Source of the DNA: Thermodesulfovibrionales bacterium
GTDB taxonomy: Bacteria; Nitrospirota; Thermodesulfovibrionia; Thermodesulfovibrionales; SM23-35
NCBI GenBank assembly: GCA_963715195.1
Contig: CAVQRT010000031.1
Coordinates: 262,918 to 326,917 of the forward strand
Direction of reading: 5' to 3'
Length of the DNA stretch: 64,000 nucleotides
Of the stretch, positions 27,482 to 36,717 are shown in pieces (within the stretch, counting starts at the first letter, position 1; every line of letters starts with the position of its first letter). The position numbers and the translations under genes were made by a program. Under the pieces are notes generated by a model. That model saw only the letters and a program-made list of their open reading frames with translations, searched no databases and had not been told where the DNA came from.

Positions 27482-27821
27482 CAGTGAAATTTATGGTCAT
27501 TTCGGTTCGGCCCCAGCGTTTATTATAGTTGAGACTGACGATAATACAGTGACCACGATTAAGAACAACGATCAGCATCATGCCCACGGTGCATGCAACC
27601 CGCTGAAGAAATTTAACAACAATCAGGTTGACGCGCTCGTTGTTGGGGGAATTGGAATGGGAGCATTAAATGTATTAAATCAATCCGGCATCCGCGTATT
27701 CCAGGCCCAGGCTCCAACAGTGCAGGAGAATATCGTTTTCCTGAAGGCGGGAAACCTGCCGGAGTTTTCTCCACAGCATACCTGCGCAGGTCATGGTCAT
27801 GGGGGTGGCTGCGGACATTAA
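27441..27821 (+). CDS. NifB/NifX-family protein (third copy)
   Basis: HFGSAPAFIIVE, HHAHGAC and VDALVVGGIGMGALN.LN..GI.V. Confidence 0.8.
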   Translation: MKACFPVAEVKGIDSEIYGHFGSAPAFIIVETDDNTVTTIKNNDQHHAHGACNPLKKFNNNQVDALVVGGIGMGALNVLNQSGIRVFQAQAPTVQENIVFLKAGNLPEFSPQHTCAGHGHGGGCGH

Positions 27822-27986
27822 GAACAGTCTCATGATAGTCTGCGTTTTTAATGCGTCATCCTGAACGAAGGCAAGGAATCTCCAATTCATAAGAGAATGG
27901 ATACCCGACAAGAACCTCGGGCTGACGTATAAGCGAGAAATCATTCAATATCATTGAATGTCGGACATAACTATATTTAGAAGTTA

Positions 27987-28382
27987 ATGAAAACAAGGAG
28001 GTTATTATGGCAAAGGGAAAGAAGAGAATTGCGATCATTGGCGTGCAAAAATATCAAAGGGGTCTCTTGTGTCGGTGGTTGCCTGAAATGTTTTAAGGGA
28101 ATCGCTGAGAGGGCCGGTGAGTATGAGCGCTGGAAAGATTATGATGTTGAAGTCATAGGAATGGACGATTGTGGCGGCTGCCCCGGTGTTATTATGCCCA
28201 AACTCCTTCTCATGAAAGATATGGGGAAGCTTTATGACAGAGATTTTGATGCAGTGCATCTCGGCACGTGTATTATGAAAGCGACTCAGACAGCAAAATG
28301 CCCGATCGATGTTGAAAAACTAAAAGGGCTGATTGAAACGAAGATGGGGAAAGAGGTTATTCTGGGCACACACGCTTATTAA
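27987..28382 (+). CDS. CGGC-domain protein. The N-terminus is probably frame-disrupted.
   Basis: CVGGCLKCF...DDCGGCPG...HLGTC. A better start (SD AAGGAGG, ATG at 28007, MAKGKKRIAIIG) sits in a frame one base off the main ORF and joins it at about 28043. Confidence 0.7.
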   Translation: MKTRRLLWQRERRELRSLACKNIKGVSCVGGCLKCFKGIAERAGEYERWKDYDVEVIGMDDCGGCPGVIMPKLLLMKDMGKLYDRDFDAVHLGTCIMKATQTAKCPIDVEKLKGLIETKMGKEVILGTHAY

Positions 28383-28453
28383 ATCCATCATACGCTTTCA
28401 TCGCATTTAATCAGGGCGGTCGGCGTTTTAATCTGTTTCTAATTGATGCTTCT

Positions 28454-28783
28454 ATGCAAAGGTTCAAGAAATATATAGGCAAAGACTTTATTCTCGGAAA
28501 TGTAAAAGACACTGAAGCACTGAGGTCAACAGGTTTCCTCTGCGATAATATCCCTGATTCAATAGGAGATTTTGACGAACTCGAATTCTTATCGGAATGG
28601 GATGGAAAGCAACTTCTCATGTGTCTCGCAGTATTAACGGGAAAAGTCAAAAGAATCATGTTCGTTATGAGAAACAGTGAAGACCCTGATGATGTGAGAC
28701 CACTGAGTGAAGGCGAACTGAGGGATTTTCTGAATCAGAAAGGCGACCAGTTAGTCAGTTTTTTTGAAAGTATCACTCAGTGA
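28454..28783 (+). CDS. Hypothetical protein
   Basis: A 109-aa ORF with no motif I recognise. It fills an otherwise empty gap on the operon strand. Confidence 0.4.
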   Translation: MQRFKKYIGKDFILGNVKDTEALRSTGFLCDNIPDSIGDFDELEFLSEWDGKQLLMCLAVLTGKVKRIMFVMRNSEDPDDVRPLSEGELRDFLNQKGDQLVSFFESITQ

Positions 28784-28792
28784 GGATACTGT

Positions 28793-29110
28793 ATGATCTA
28801 TCGATTATCCAAAGGTCTCAGCAGGATTTGTGACATGAGGGTGAAAAATGTTATGAAAAACCTCATACGGGGACTTTTTTGCTGCATGGTTATTTTGATG
28901 GGTTACTCGGCCCATGCCGGAAGCTGGGATCAATGCAAAGGTTGCCATGATGGGGCATTTGCTCCTGACGCGAAAGCTCTCAAACAAAAATACAAGACAG
29001 TGGACGATTTGATAAAGGCTGCGAAAAAGTCAGATGAGCCTCTGATGAATCGCTATAAACAGGATGAAGAGTTTCTGAGAAAGGCTGCAAAGGATATCGG
29101 CCTGCAATAG
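28793..29110 (+). CDS. Small exported monoheme c-type cytochrome
   Basis: A single CKGCH and a hydrophobic leader LFCCMVILMGYSAHA. The start is probably at an internal ATG (28835 or 28853). Confidence 0.6.
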   Translation: MIYRLSKGLSRICDMRVKNVMKNLIRGLFCCMVILMGYSAHAGSWDQCKGCHDGAFAPDAKALKQKYKTVDDLIKAAKKSDEPLMNRYKQDEEFLRKAAKDIGLQ

Positions 29111-29129
29111 TAAACACCGGGGGAAAATG

Positions 29130-31139
29130 TCACACCTGCATTTTCTGCAGTTCAGTCAGCAAATCATTCAGGACAGGATATTTATTCTTTGCCAAAGCTG
29201 CATCTTCTCCGAGTAATCTCAAGCCTTCCGGAACGTATTTCAGGAAATACTTCTTCCCCTTTGTGAAAGTTAAATATGCATATGCGCCAAGGGCCTGCAT
29301 ATGGCGCTGAAGGCGGCAAGGAAGCAGGGTTTCCCTGAATTCATTTTTCGTAATCCCCCCTAATCCTTTTTTATGAAATGGGGAATTTTTTTGGGGGATT
29401 ACTTTATAGACATAATAATCAAGCAATTTTTCCCTTAAGGCATCTTCGAGCCGGTAATACGGATCCCATAATAGTGAGACAACATCGTAGGCAGGGGGTC
29501 CGATTCTTGCTCCCTGATAATCCAGAATTCTTGGAATGCCGCCTTTGGTGATCATGATATTTTGTGACTGGAAATCACGATGAACAATTGTCTTTGGAAA
29601 AGAATCTACGGTCAAGGCGAGTTGGTGGAATTCCCCTTCAAGATATGCGAGAACCTTGCTATGAACTTCCATGAAGCTATGAACAAATCTTTCCAGAAAA
29701 TAATTCGTTTCCCATCGGAGATGTTCATAATCAAAAACCCTATTATTAAGAAGCGGGCAATCATGCACATACGAGGATGCGGTTAAGTGAATTGAAATAA
29801 GGATGTCGAGAACCCTCCTGTATATCTCTTCAACCTGCACTTCTGAACGCGGGCATCTCAGCCAACTGAAAAGAGACACGTCGCCGAGGTCCTCAAAGAG
29901 TGCTGTTTTCTTGTTAATGTCCGCATCTATTAATTCAGGAACAGGAACGGAATATCTTCTCAAAAAGGTTGTATATTCTAAATGCCGCCGAAAGTCAGGA
30001 TCGTTTTGATTACAGCGCATGTGTACCACGGAATAACCGTTTTTTCTGATCCTGTAATATTTTCTATCGGATCCGCCGGCACCGATCAAGTACAAGTGAT
30101 GATCTGCACTCTCATAGAGGTCTGATTCCGCGAGTTGTACCTTGAATTGCCGACCGACTATGCAGTTTTCGAAAGGCCGGTTCTTGACAGGGAAAAGGCC
30201 GGGGTTTCCGGTAAGAACAATACAATTTCTCAGTTGAACAGGTTTTGTTTTTGACCCTGAACCGCGGCCTTGTTCGATCTTTTTTGGGGGGCGATTACGT
30301 TGCCCTGAAAGATAACCTCTATCTTCAATAACAATAAAACCATCGAAATCAATATCACTGCACTCTTTTACTGACGGATGTATATACACTGTCTCACCTG
30401 TGTTTCTCAGCTTGTCAACAACAGCCTTCGCATAAGAAGCCGGTGTGCCGATGTCTGTCCAGTAGCAGCCGGTTACATCCACAGTCCCGATTCTGTGTCC
30501 GGCTGACATGGCATTGAACCATGCATCAACGACGCTTGAATTGCCATTCGGGAGAAATTGCAGGAATTCAGGCTGGTAAAAAGCTATTCCGGTGAAGGCA
30601 ACTGGGTTAGTTGGTTCTTTTCTCTTCCCCCTAAATCCCCTTACCCTCGAGGGGGGAGGAAAAGGGTGGGGATGTTTAATGATGTCTTTCAGAAAACCGT
30701 CTTTATCAATAATGAGTCTATTGAATTCAGGATAATCATGAATTGCAAGGGTTGCGATGTTCCCCGATGAAAGATGGAACTCACAAAGTCTCTTCAAATC
30801 CATATCACAAATGATGTCTGCATTATAGACAAGGAAAGGACCATTTTTGAGAAAATCCTCTGCGTTTTTTAAAGCACCCCCGGTGCCCAGAATAGGATCT
30901 TCGGGAAAGATGGAAATATTTTTCCCGTATGCGGAGTGTTCCAGCCAGTCCTTGATTGCCTGTTTCTTATGATGGAGATTAATCCCTATATCATGAACGG
31001 GTAAGGCGGCTATTCTTTCGAGGACGGATTCCAAAACCGGTTTACCAAGAATCGGTAATAGTGGTTTGGGAATATATTGAGTGATGGGAAGAAGCCTCTC
31101 GCCGAGTCCTGCAGCAAGGATGAATGCTGAGATGTTCAC
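29130..31139 (-). CDS. Fusion of a MurU-like sugar-1-phosphate nucleotidyltransferase and an AmgK-like anomeric sugar kinase
   Basis: N-terminus ILAAGLGERLLPIT...PKPLLPILGKP. C-terminus GGSDRKYYRI and HRDFQSQNIMI (APH-type kinase fold). Confidence 0.75.
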   Translation of the reverse strand: MNISAFILAAGLGERLLPITQYIPKPLLPILGKPVLESVLERIAALPVHDIGINLHHKKQAIKDWLEHSAYGKNISIFPEDPILGTGGALKNAEDFLKNGPFLVYNADIICDMDLKRLCEFHLSSGNIATLAIHDYPEFNRLIIDKDGFLKDIIKHPHPFPPPSRVRGFRGKRKEPTNPVAFTGIAFYQPEFLQFLPNGNSSVVDAWFNAMSAGHRIGTVDVTGCYWTDIGTPASYAKAVVDKLRNTGETVYIHPSVKECSDIDFDGFIVIEDRGYLSGQRNRPPKKIEQGRGSGSKTKPVQLRNCIVLTGNPGLFPVKNRPFENCIVGRQFKVQLAESDLYESADHHLYLIGAGGSDRKYYRIRKNGYSVVHMRCNQNDPDFRRHLEYTTFLRRYSVPVPELIDADINKKTALFEDLGDVSLFSWLRCPRSEVQVEEIYRRVLDILISIHLTASSYVHDCPLLNNRVFDYEHLRWETNYFLERFVHSFMEVHSKVLAYLEGEFHQLALTVDSFPKTIVHRDFQSQNIMITKGGIPRILDYQGARIGPPAYDVVSLLWDPYYRLEDALREKLLDYYVYKVIPQKNSPFHKKGLGGITKNEFRETLLPCRLQRHMQALGAYAYLTFTKGKKYFLKYVPEGLRLLGEDAALAKNKYPVLNDLLTELQKMQV

Positions 31140-31150
31140 GGTATTTTTAT

Positions 31151-31235
31151 GTCATTTCGACTTGATCGGAATCTTTCTTGGATTGCTTTATCATAGAGGA
31201 TTCATGAAGAAGGATTCCAGACAAGCTGGAATGAA
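31151..31235 (+). repeat. Dispersed palindromic element, copy B
   Basis: GTCATTTCGACTTGATCGGAATCTTTCT...GGATTCCAGACAAGCTGGAATGAA is collinear with copy A. Confidence 0.5.
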
Positions 31236-31328
31236 AGATTGTATACATTATCATTATAAGAGCATACTCTTCTTATTAAAATCCCACTTTTATAAAGGAG
31301 ATATTAGGGGGATTACTGAATGAATTAC

Positions 31329-32513
31329 TCAATCATATAGTAAATACTTTTTTCTCATATTCTTATTAAACTGAATACATTCCTTCTGCCACCATGCTTC
31401 CATGCGATCTAATGACACACTGTTTTCGATATCCCGCCGCAACCTGTCTGTGCCGGCAAGGATATCAACAGGCATTTTCTCATATTCATACTCATAAGGA
31501 GGTTGTTTCCATGCAAATTGGTCCGGATATAAATCGTGTATTGCTTTTATCACAGCAGCTCCTGTTTTCAGCGGTCTGAATTTTTCCCTGTCGGTGACAT
31601 GGATCTGGGCTCCTCCACATAATCTGCCGGCATATTTTTGAAAAGTGGGCTGAAAATACACCGGCCTGAAAATTACCCCGGATATTTGATGTTTCTTGAG
31701 ACGTCCGACAAGCAGATCAGGGTCAATAAACGGCGCGCCAAATAATTCGAAAGGTCTTGTTGTGCCTCTGCCTTCGCTTATATTGGTTCCTTCAAGAAGA
31801 CACATGCCGGGATACACCATCGCGGTATCCTGCGTCGGCATATTCGGAGATGGCATAACCCAGGGGCATCCGGTTTGATCAAACCACATCCTTCTCTCCC
31901 AGCCTTGCATAGAAATGACATGAAAATCGAGCGATGGATAGTATTCACCGTGGAGATAGTTTCCTATTTCACCGATTGTCATCCCGTGACGCACAGGAAT
32001 GGGATGCCGGCCAACAAACGAGGCAAATGTTTTGTTCAAAACAGGACCTTCGGTGAGATGTCCGCCTATCGGATTCGGCCTGTCAAGTACGACAACCGAT
32101 TTATTCATTTCTGTACAAGCCTGCATGCAGAGGTCCATCGTCCATATAAACGTATAGTAACGGGAACCAATATCCTGCAGATCTATGAGCATTCCATCCA
32201 AATTTTTCAGCATGGAAGTATCAGGTTTGCGGTTTCTCCCATAGAGGCTGAAGACGGGCAGGTCTGTTTTTCTGTCATGAAATCCTTCCCATTCAACCAT
32301 ATTGTCTTGTGTCTCACCACGAATTCCATGTTGCGGGCCGAAAAGGGCTTTGAGTTCAAATTGTTTGGATTTGTGTATCAAGCAGGCGGTATGCTCCAGA
32401 TTCCTGTTTACTGATGCAGGATGTACCAGGAGGCCTACCCTGGCTTTCCTCAGGCTGCGCGGCCATTTTTCCCCGAAGAGATCAATCCCTGATTTTACAG
32501 GAAGAAGAGGCAT
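31329..32513 (-). CDS. namZ: DUF1343 family exo-beta-N-acetylmuramidase (NamZ-like)
   Basis: VGLLVHPASV, LFGPQHGIRGE, DLQDIGSRYYT and ISEGRGTT.PFE are typical DUF1343 blocks. Confidence 0.85.
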   Translation of the reverse strand: MPLLPVKSGIDLFGEKWPRSLRKARVGLLVHPASVNRNLEHTACLIHKSKQFELKALFGPQHGIRGETQDNMVEWEGFHDRKTDLPVFSLYGRNRKPDTSMLKNLDGMLIDLQDIGSRYYTFIWTMDLCMQACTEMNKSVVVLDRPNPIGGHLTEGPVLNKTFASFVGRHPIPVRHGMTIGEIGNYLHGEYYPSLDFHVISMQGWERRMWFDQTGCPWVMPSPNMPTQDTAMVYPGMCLLEGTNISEGRGTTRPFELFGAPFIDPDLLVGRLKKHQISGVIFRPVYFQPTFQKYAGRLCGGAQIHVTDREKFRPLKTGAAVIKAIHDLYPDQFAWKQPPYEYEYEKMPVDILAGTDRLRRDIENSVSLDRMEAWWQKECIQFNKNMRKKYLLYD

Positions 32514-32519
32514 AGGATA

Positions 32520-33287
32520 TTACGGAATCGTGTCAATTGAGGCGAAAGCCGGTTCATGCAGAGGCAGTATAATGTCTGCCATATCCCGAACTTTCAGGAC
32601 GATATCGTAGGCTTCATAGACATTGACGACTGTCCCCGGAGGGATGACTTCCATTTCCATAGCACGTATCTTCGGGGGAGGATTGAAATTTTCCATGATG
32701 AGGCAGAAACCTGTAATTGCTGCTTTCCCCTTTTCAGTATTGATCAAAACAGTCATGCCACCCTCGGTATGTGCTGGCGTATGTACCATGGTAATCCCCG
32801 GCAGGATTTCCGTATCATCTGAGAGGAGCTTAATCTGACCATTCTTTTCGGTATCAATGATAAAATCCTCATTATATCGGATGTCGAGGGGATGCACATT
32901 GTGTATTCGCTCAATTTCTTTTTGATGAACATAGAAAGTAGCATTTTTACATTTGTCATCATTCTCGCAATGATCATTATGCAGGTGAGTGTGTATGACA
33001 ATATCGATATCTTCCGGCTTTAACCCCCAACGGCTTAACCCTTCCTCAAATGTGTAGATTTTTCCGCCGATCGCCTCTTCCCGCTCTCTTGATTTAAAGG
33101 GTGCCATTTCTCCGGTATCAACCAATATTTTCCGATCGCCCCCCTCGATATACCAGCAGTAGATGGGTATGGTGTATAGCTTTCCATAGTCGTGTTGGTA
33201 AGTCATCATCCCTTTATCAAAAACCTTTGTACCCATTACGATGGGATGAATGCGGTAATTGTATGGTCTACTCATTTGTCCATCCAT
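32520..33287 (-). CDS. MBL-fold hydrolase (lactonase-like)
   Basis: ILVDTG and HTHLHNDHCEN (HxHxDH). Confidence 0.75.
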   Translation of the reverse strand: MDGQMSRPYNYRIHPIVMGTKVFDKGMMTYQHDYGKLYTIPIYCWYIEGGDRKILVDTGEMAPFKSREREEAIGGKIYTFEEGLSRWGLKPEDIDIVIHTHLHNDHCENDDKCKNATFYVHQKEIERIHNVHPLDIRYNEDFIIDTEKNGQIKLLSDDTEILPGITMVHTPAHTEGGMTVLINTEKGKAAITGFCLIMENFNPPPKIRAMEMEVIPPGTVVNVYEAYDIVLKVRDMADIILPLHEPAFASIDTIP

Positions 33288-33486
33288 ATAAGCAAAGGCT
33301 ATATAATTTTTGTTTGTTAATCAAAAATTTGCATCGTGTAGCGTATTATTCATGCTGCCATAATTTGGATTTTCCCGACCATAATGATATACAAGTTACA
33401 TGGTGTGCATACCTTGACAATACCACATATTGCTGTTAAATTTAACTAGAGCCTATATCAGAGCAGTAATATCGGCTGGAATCCGT

Positions 33487-33576
33487 CACCCCCGCGAAGG
33501 CGGGGGGGCCACTTAAAGCCTTTAACACATGGATTCCCGCCGGAGTTTACCCTCGTGAAGACGGTGGCGGGAATGG
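33487..33576 (+). repeat. Dispersed palindromic element, copy E (divergent)
   Basis: GTCACCCCCGCGAAGGCGGGGG...GGATTCCCGCC...GGCGGGAATGGC has the same two-hairpin architecture as copy A. Confidence 0.5.
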
Positions 33577-33694
33577 CAACCGCTTGAGGATCTATAATAA
33601 AAAAGGAATTTTGATATGGGTTCACGTAATAACGGTGAGATGGCTTAAGAAAAATCATATGAGCAGATCTCTACAGTAGAATTGGAGGATAAAT

Positions 33695-34135
33695 ATGTCA
33701 GAGGATATCAAAGCAAACGTTTTGTTAGTTGATGATGAGGAACAGTTTCTGAAGGTATTTTCCCAGAGACTGGAAAGCAGAGGCATGAAAGTTGACACCT
33801 CTGCAAGCGGTGAAGATGCCCTTAAGAAGGTTCACGGCAAGGACTTTGATGCAATTATTCTTGATATGGTTATGCCCGGCATGAGCGGTATAGAAACACT
33901 AAAGCGAATTCAGGCTGAAAACCCTGACATGCAAATTATCATCCTTACCGGTCATGGAACGATAGAAAAAGGTGTAGAGGCAATGAAATCAGGAGCAGTT
34001 GATTTTCTGGAAAAGCCTGCCGACCTCAAAAAGATTATGGAAAAAATTTCTGAAGCCAAGCACAACAGAATTGTTCTCGTTGAGAAAAAGCACGAGGAAA
34101 ATGTGAAGGAGATATTACAGAGTAAGGGCTGGTAA
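33695..34135 (+). CDS. Response regulator, receiver domain only
   Basis: VLLVDDEE, DAIILDMVMPGMSG and IILTGHG. Confidence 0.85.
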   Translation: MSEDIKANVLLVDDEEQFLKVFSQRLESRGMKVDTSASGEDALKKVHGKDFDAIILDMVMPGMSGIETLKRIQAENPDMQIIILTGHGTIEKGVEAMKSGAVDFLEKPADLKKIMEKISEAKHNRIVLVEKKHEENVKEILQSKGW

Positions 34136-34147
34136 GTGTTGTAATGC

Positions 34148-34177
34148 CGGTCAAGAAGATATCTTGACCGTATTCTT
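34148..34177 (+). terminator. Candidate intrinsic terminator
   Basis: A 9-bp stem (CGGTCAAGA/TCTTGACCG) with loop AGATA, followed by TATTCTT. Confidence 0.45.
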
Positions 34178-34483
34178 CAGGCTGATCTTTAATTCGAGAC
34201 CATTTTTTCTGAATTTTTTGAATGTGTGAAGGGTGCGCGAGGCACCAGTGCGAATAGATTTCGTCTTTGTATAGACGTATTGATCATCATTTTCCTTTGT
34301 CATCTAAAGAGAAAGGAGTTGTTGTTTTCTCTTCAAAACTCTTTGTGAAGGACTCTTCTGAAAATGATTTATCTAAAAAGTATGGTCTGTGTTATGGCTT
34401 TAATTCAATGAAATCTACAAAAAACAGAGACAAAAATATTGCGGTAGATACGAAAAAGAAAAAAATGAAATGCTGGGAAATCT

Positions 34484-36706
34484 TTGCAATGCGAAAAGCA
34501 GGATTGCCCGGTGTTTCAGTCAAAAATTAAAAATTGCTGGTTAATTTCAGGAACTCTTTGCCGGGATTCAATTCAGGGTAAATTTTTGGAAAAAATGGAG
34601 ATGTGCCTTTCCTGCGAGGCATTTCAAGAAAATCATGACCTTTCCACATTGAAGGCTACACTTGATACTGTCAATAAACAGTTTACAGAATTCCGGAGGA
34701 TTATTGACGACAGGGATAACGAACTGGAACTTATGAGCATGGAATTGGCCATAAGTCTTTCTGAAGTCTTCGAGGCACTCAAGCGGATTTCTTCCGGAGA
34801 CCCCTCGGTCAGATTATTTGAGGAATCATCAATAGAGCTCATCAGCAAATTAAAACATCTTGTCAATTTAACTGCCGAGGAAATCGGAGAAATTGTAGAT
34901 CAATCCCATGAATTTGCTATAGTTCTTGCCGAACATTTCGATGTGCTCCATAAGGTTTCGAAGGGAGATTTGGATGCACGGGTGGCAGGAAAATCACAGA
35001 TCGAGCTTCTGGAATCCTTGCAGAAAGTAACAAATGAAATGATTGAGAGCATTCAAGGTGAAATCGCAAAACGCAAGCAGGCGGACTCAGAGTTAAAGCT
35101 AGCCTATGATGAACTTGAGAATAAAGTACATGAACGCACCGCAGCGTTGAGATTAATAAATGAGAAACTCCTGCAAGAGATAGCGGAACGAAAAAGGATT
35201 GAAAGTAATCTCCGGGAGGCAGAGGTGCGCTATCAGACGGTTGCAGATTTTACTTTTGCATGGGAATATTGGGAAATGCCCGAGGGTAAAATAAGTTATA
35301 TGTCTCCTTCAGGTGAACGAATCTCCGGATATAAAGTGGAGCAATTTGTTGACAATCCAAACTTCCTCTCAGAGATTATCGTACCTGCAGACAAAGATAT
35401 CTGGGTGCAACATCGCCACGATGCTCGTTCAGATATGCGTCCAAGAGATATTATGTTCCGGATCAGGAAAAAAGATGGCACGGTATGCTGGATTGAACAT
35501 ATCTGTCAACCGGTAATCGATGGCGAGGGCACGTTTTTAGGCATCCGTGCTAGTAACCGTGACATAACCTTGCGAAAGGAAACCGAGGAAAAACTGAGAG
35601 ATACTCTTTCATTGCTTAGTGCTACGATTGAATCAACTGCCGATGGTATCCTTGTTGTGGATATGGAAGGGAGCATAGTCATTTATAATCAAAAATTTTT
35701 GGAGATGTGGCATATCCCGTATTCAGTCATAAAGGAACGGGATGATAAGAAAACACTCTCATTCGTCCTTGATCAATTGAGGAATCCTGAAGAATTTTTT
35801 AAAAGAGTCAGGGAATTATATGAGCACCCTGAAGCAGTGAGCTTCGATGTGCTTGCCTTCGAGGATGGGAGGGTTTTTGAGCGTTATTCTCACCCACAGA
35901 AAATCGGAGACGAGATTATTGGAAGGGTATGGAGTTTCCGAGATGTTACGGAACGGAAACAAGCAGAAAAGGCATTACGGGAATCCGAGCAGTTATTACT
36001 GCAGGCACATAAAATGGAAGCGATCGGACGACTTGCAGCCGGTGTCGCACATGAAATCAATAATCCTCTTGCTGTCATCAATGAGAAGGCAGGTCTGATG
36101 AAAGATTTTCTTGAGTTATCCGGGGATTTTCAACAGCATAAAGAAAAATTTATTTCGTTAATCCAGGGGATTTTCGACAGTGTAGGGCGCTGTCGGACAA
36201 TCACTCATCGTCTTCTTGGTTTTTCAAGGCGTGTTGATGCATTGCTCGAAACATTTGATTTGAACCTCATCGTCAGAGAGGTTATCGATTTTGTTGAAAA
36301 GGAGCTTTTATACAAGAATGTTCAGGTGAAAATGACCTTTGCTGAGGATCTGACCCATATCGAAAGCGACAAAGGCAAGCTTCAGCAGGTAATTCTCAAC
36401 ATCCTGAATAATGCTGTTGATGCAGTTGAAAAGGGAGGTACCATCGAAGTTCAGACCGGCATAAAAGACGAACATACAGCGACTGTATCGATTATCGATA
36501 ATGGCCACGGGATACCCGAAAGCATACTGAACCATATTTTTGAACCTTTTTTTACGACCAAAGAAAAGGATAAAGGTACCGGGCTCGGGCTTTCGATATC
36601 CTATGGGATTATGAAAAAATTAGGAGGTACTATTTCTGTCCGGAGCAAGGTCAATGAGGGAACTACTTTTCTAATCGAGGTACCCCGCAGAGCAAAAACT
36701 GAGTGA
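34484..36706 (+). CDS. PAS-domain sensor histidine kinase with a Cys/Trp-rich N-terminal module
   Basis: H-box AAGVAHEINNPL, N-box ILNNAVDA, G-boxes DNGHGIP and GTGLGLS, and two PAS-like segments. An upstream ATG at 34465 (MKCWEIF) is one base out of frame. Confidence 0.9.
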   Translation: MQCEKQDCPVFQSKIKNCWLISGTLCRDSIQGKFLEKMEMCLSCEAFQENHDLSTLKATLDTVNKQFTEFRRIIDDRDNELELMSMELAISLSEVFEALKRISSGDPSVRLFEESSIELISKLKHLVNLTAEEIGEIVDQSHEFAIVLAEHFDVLHKVSKGDLDARVAGKSQIELLESLQKVTNEMIESIQGEIAKRKQADSELKLAYDELENKVHERTAALRLINEKLLQEIAERKRIESNLREAEVRYQTVADFTFAWEYWEMPEGKISYMSPSGERISGYKVEQFVDNPNFLSEIIVPADKDIWVQHRHDARSDMRPRDIMFRIRKKDGTVCWIEHICQPVIDGEGTFLGIRASNRDITLRKETEEKLRDTLSLLSATIESTADGILVVDMEGSIVIYNQKFLEMWHIPYSVIKERDDKKTLSFVLDQLRNPEEFFKRVRELYEHPEAVSFDVLAFEDGRVFERYSHPQKIGDEIIGRVWSFRDVTERKQAEKALRESEQLLLQAHKMEAIGRLAAGVAHEINNPLAVINEKAGLMKDFLELSGDFQQHKEKFISLIQGIFDSVGRCRTITHRLLGFSRRVDALLETFDLNLIVREVIDFVEKELLYKNVQVKMTFAEDLTHIESDKGKLQQVILNILNNAVDAVEKGGTIEVQTGIKDEHTATVSIIDNGHGIPESILNHIFEPFFTTKEKDKGTGLGLSISYGIMKKLGGTISVRSKVNEGTTFLIEVPRRAKTE

Positions 36707-36717
36707 GGAGGTCGCCA

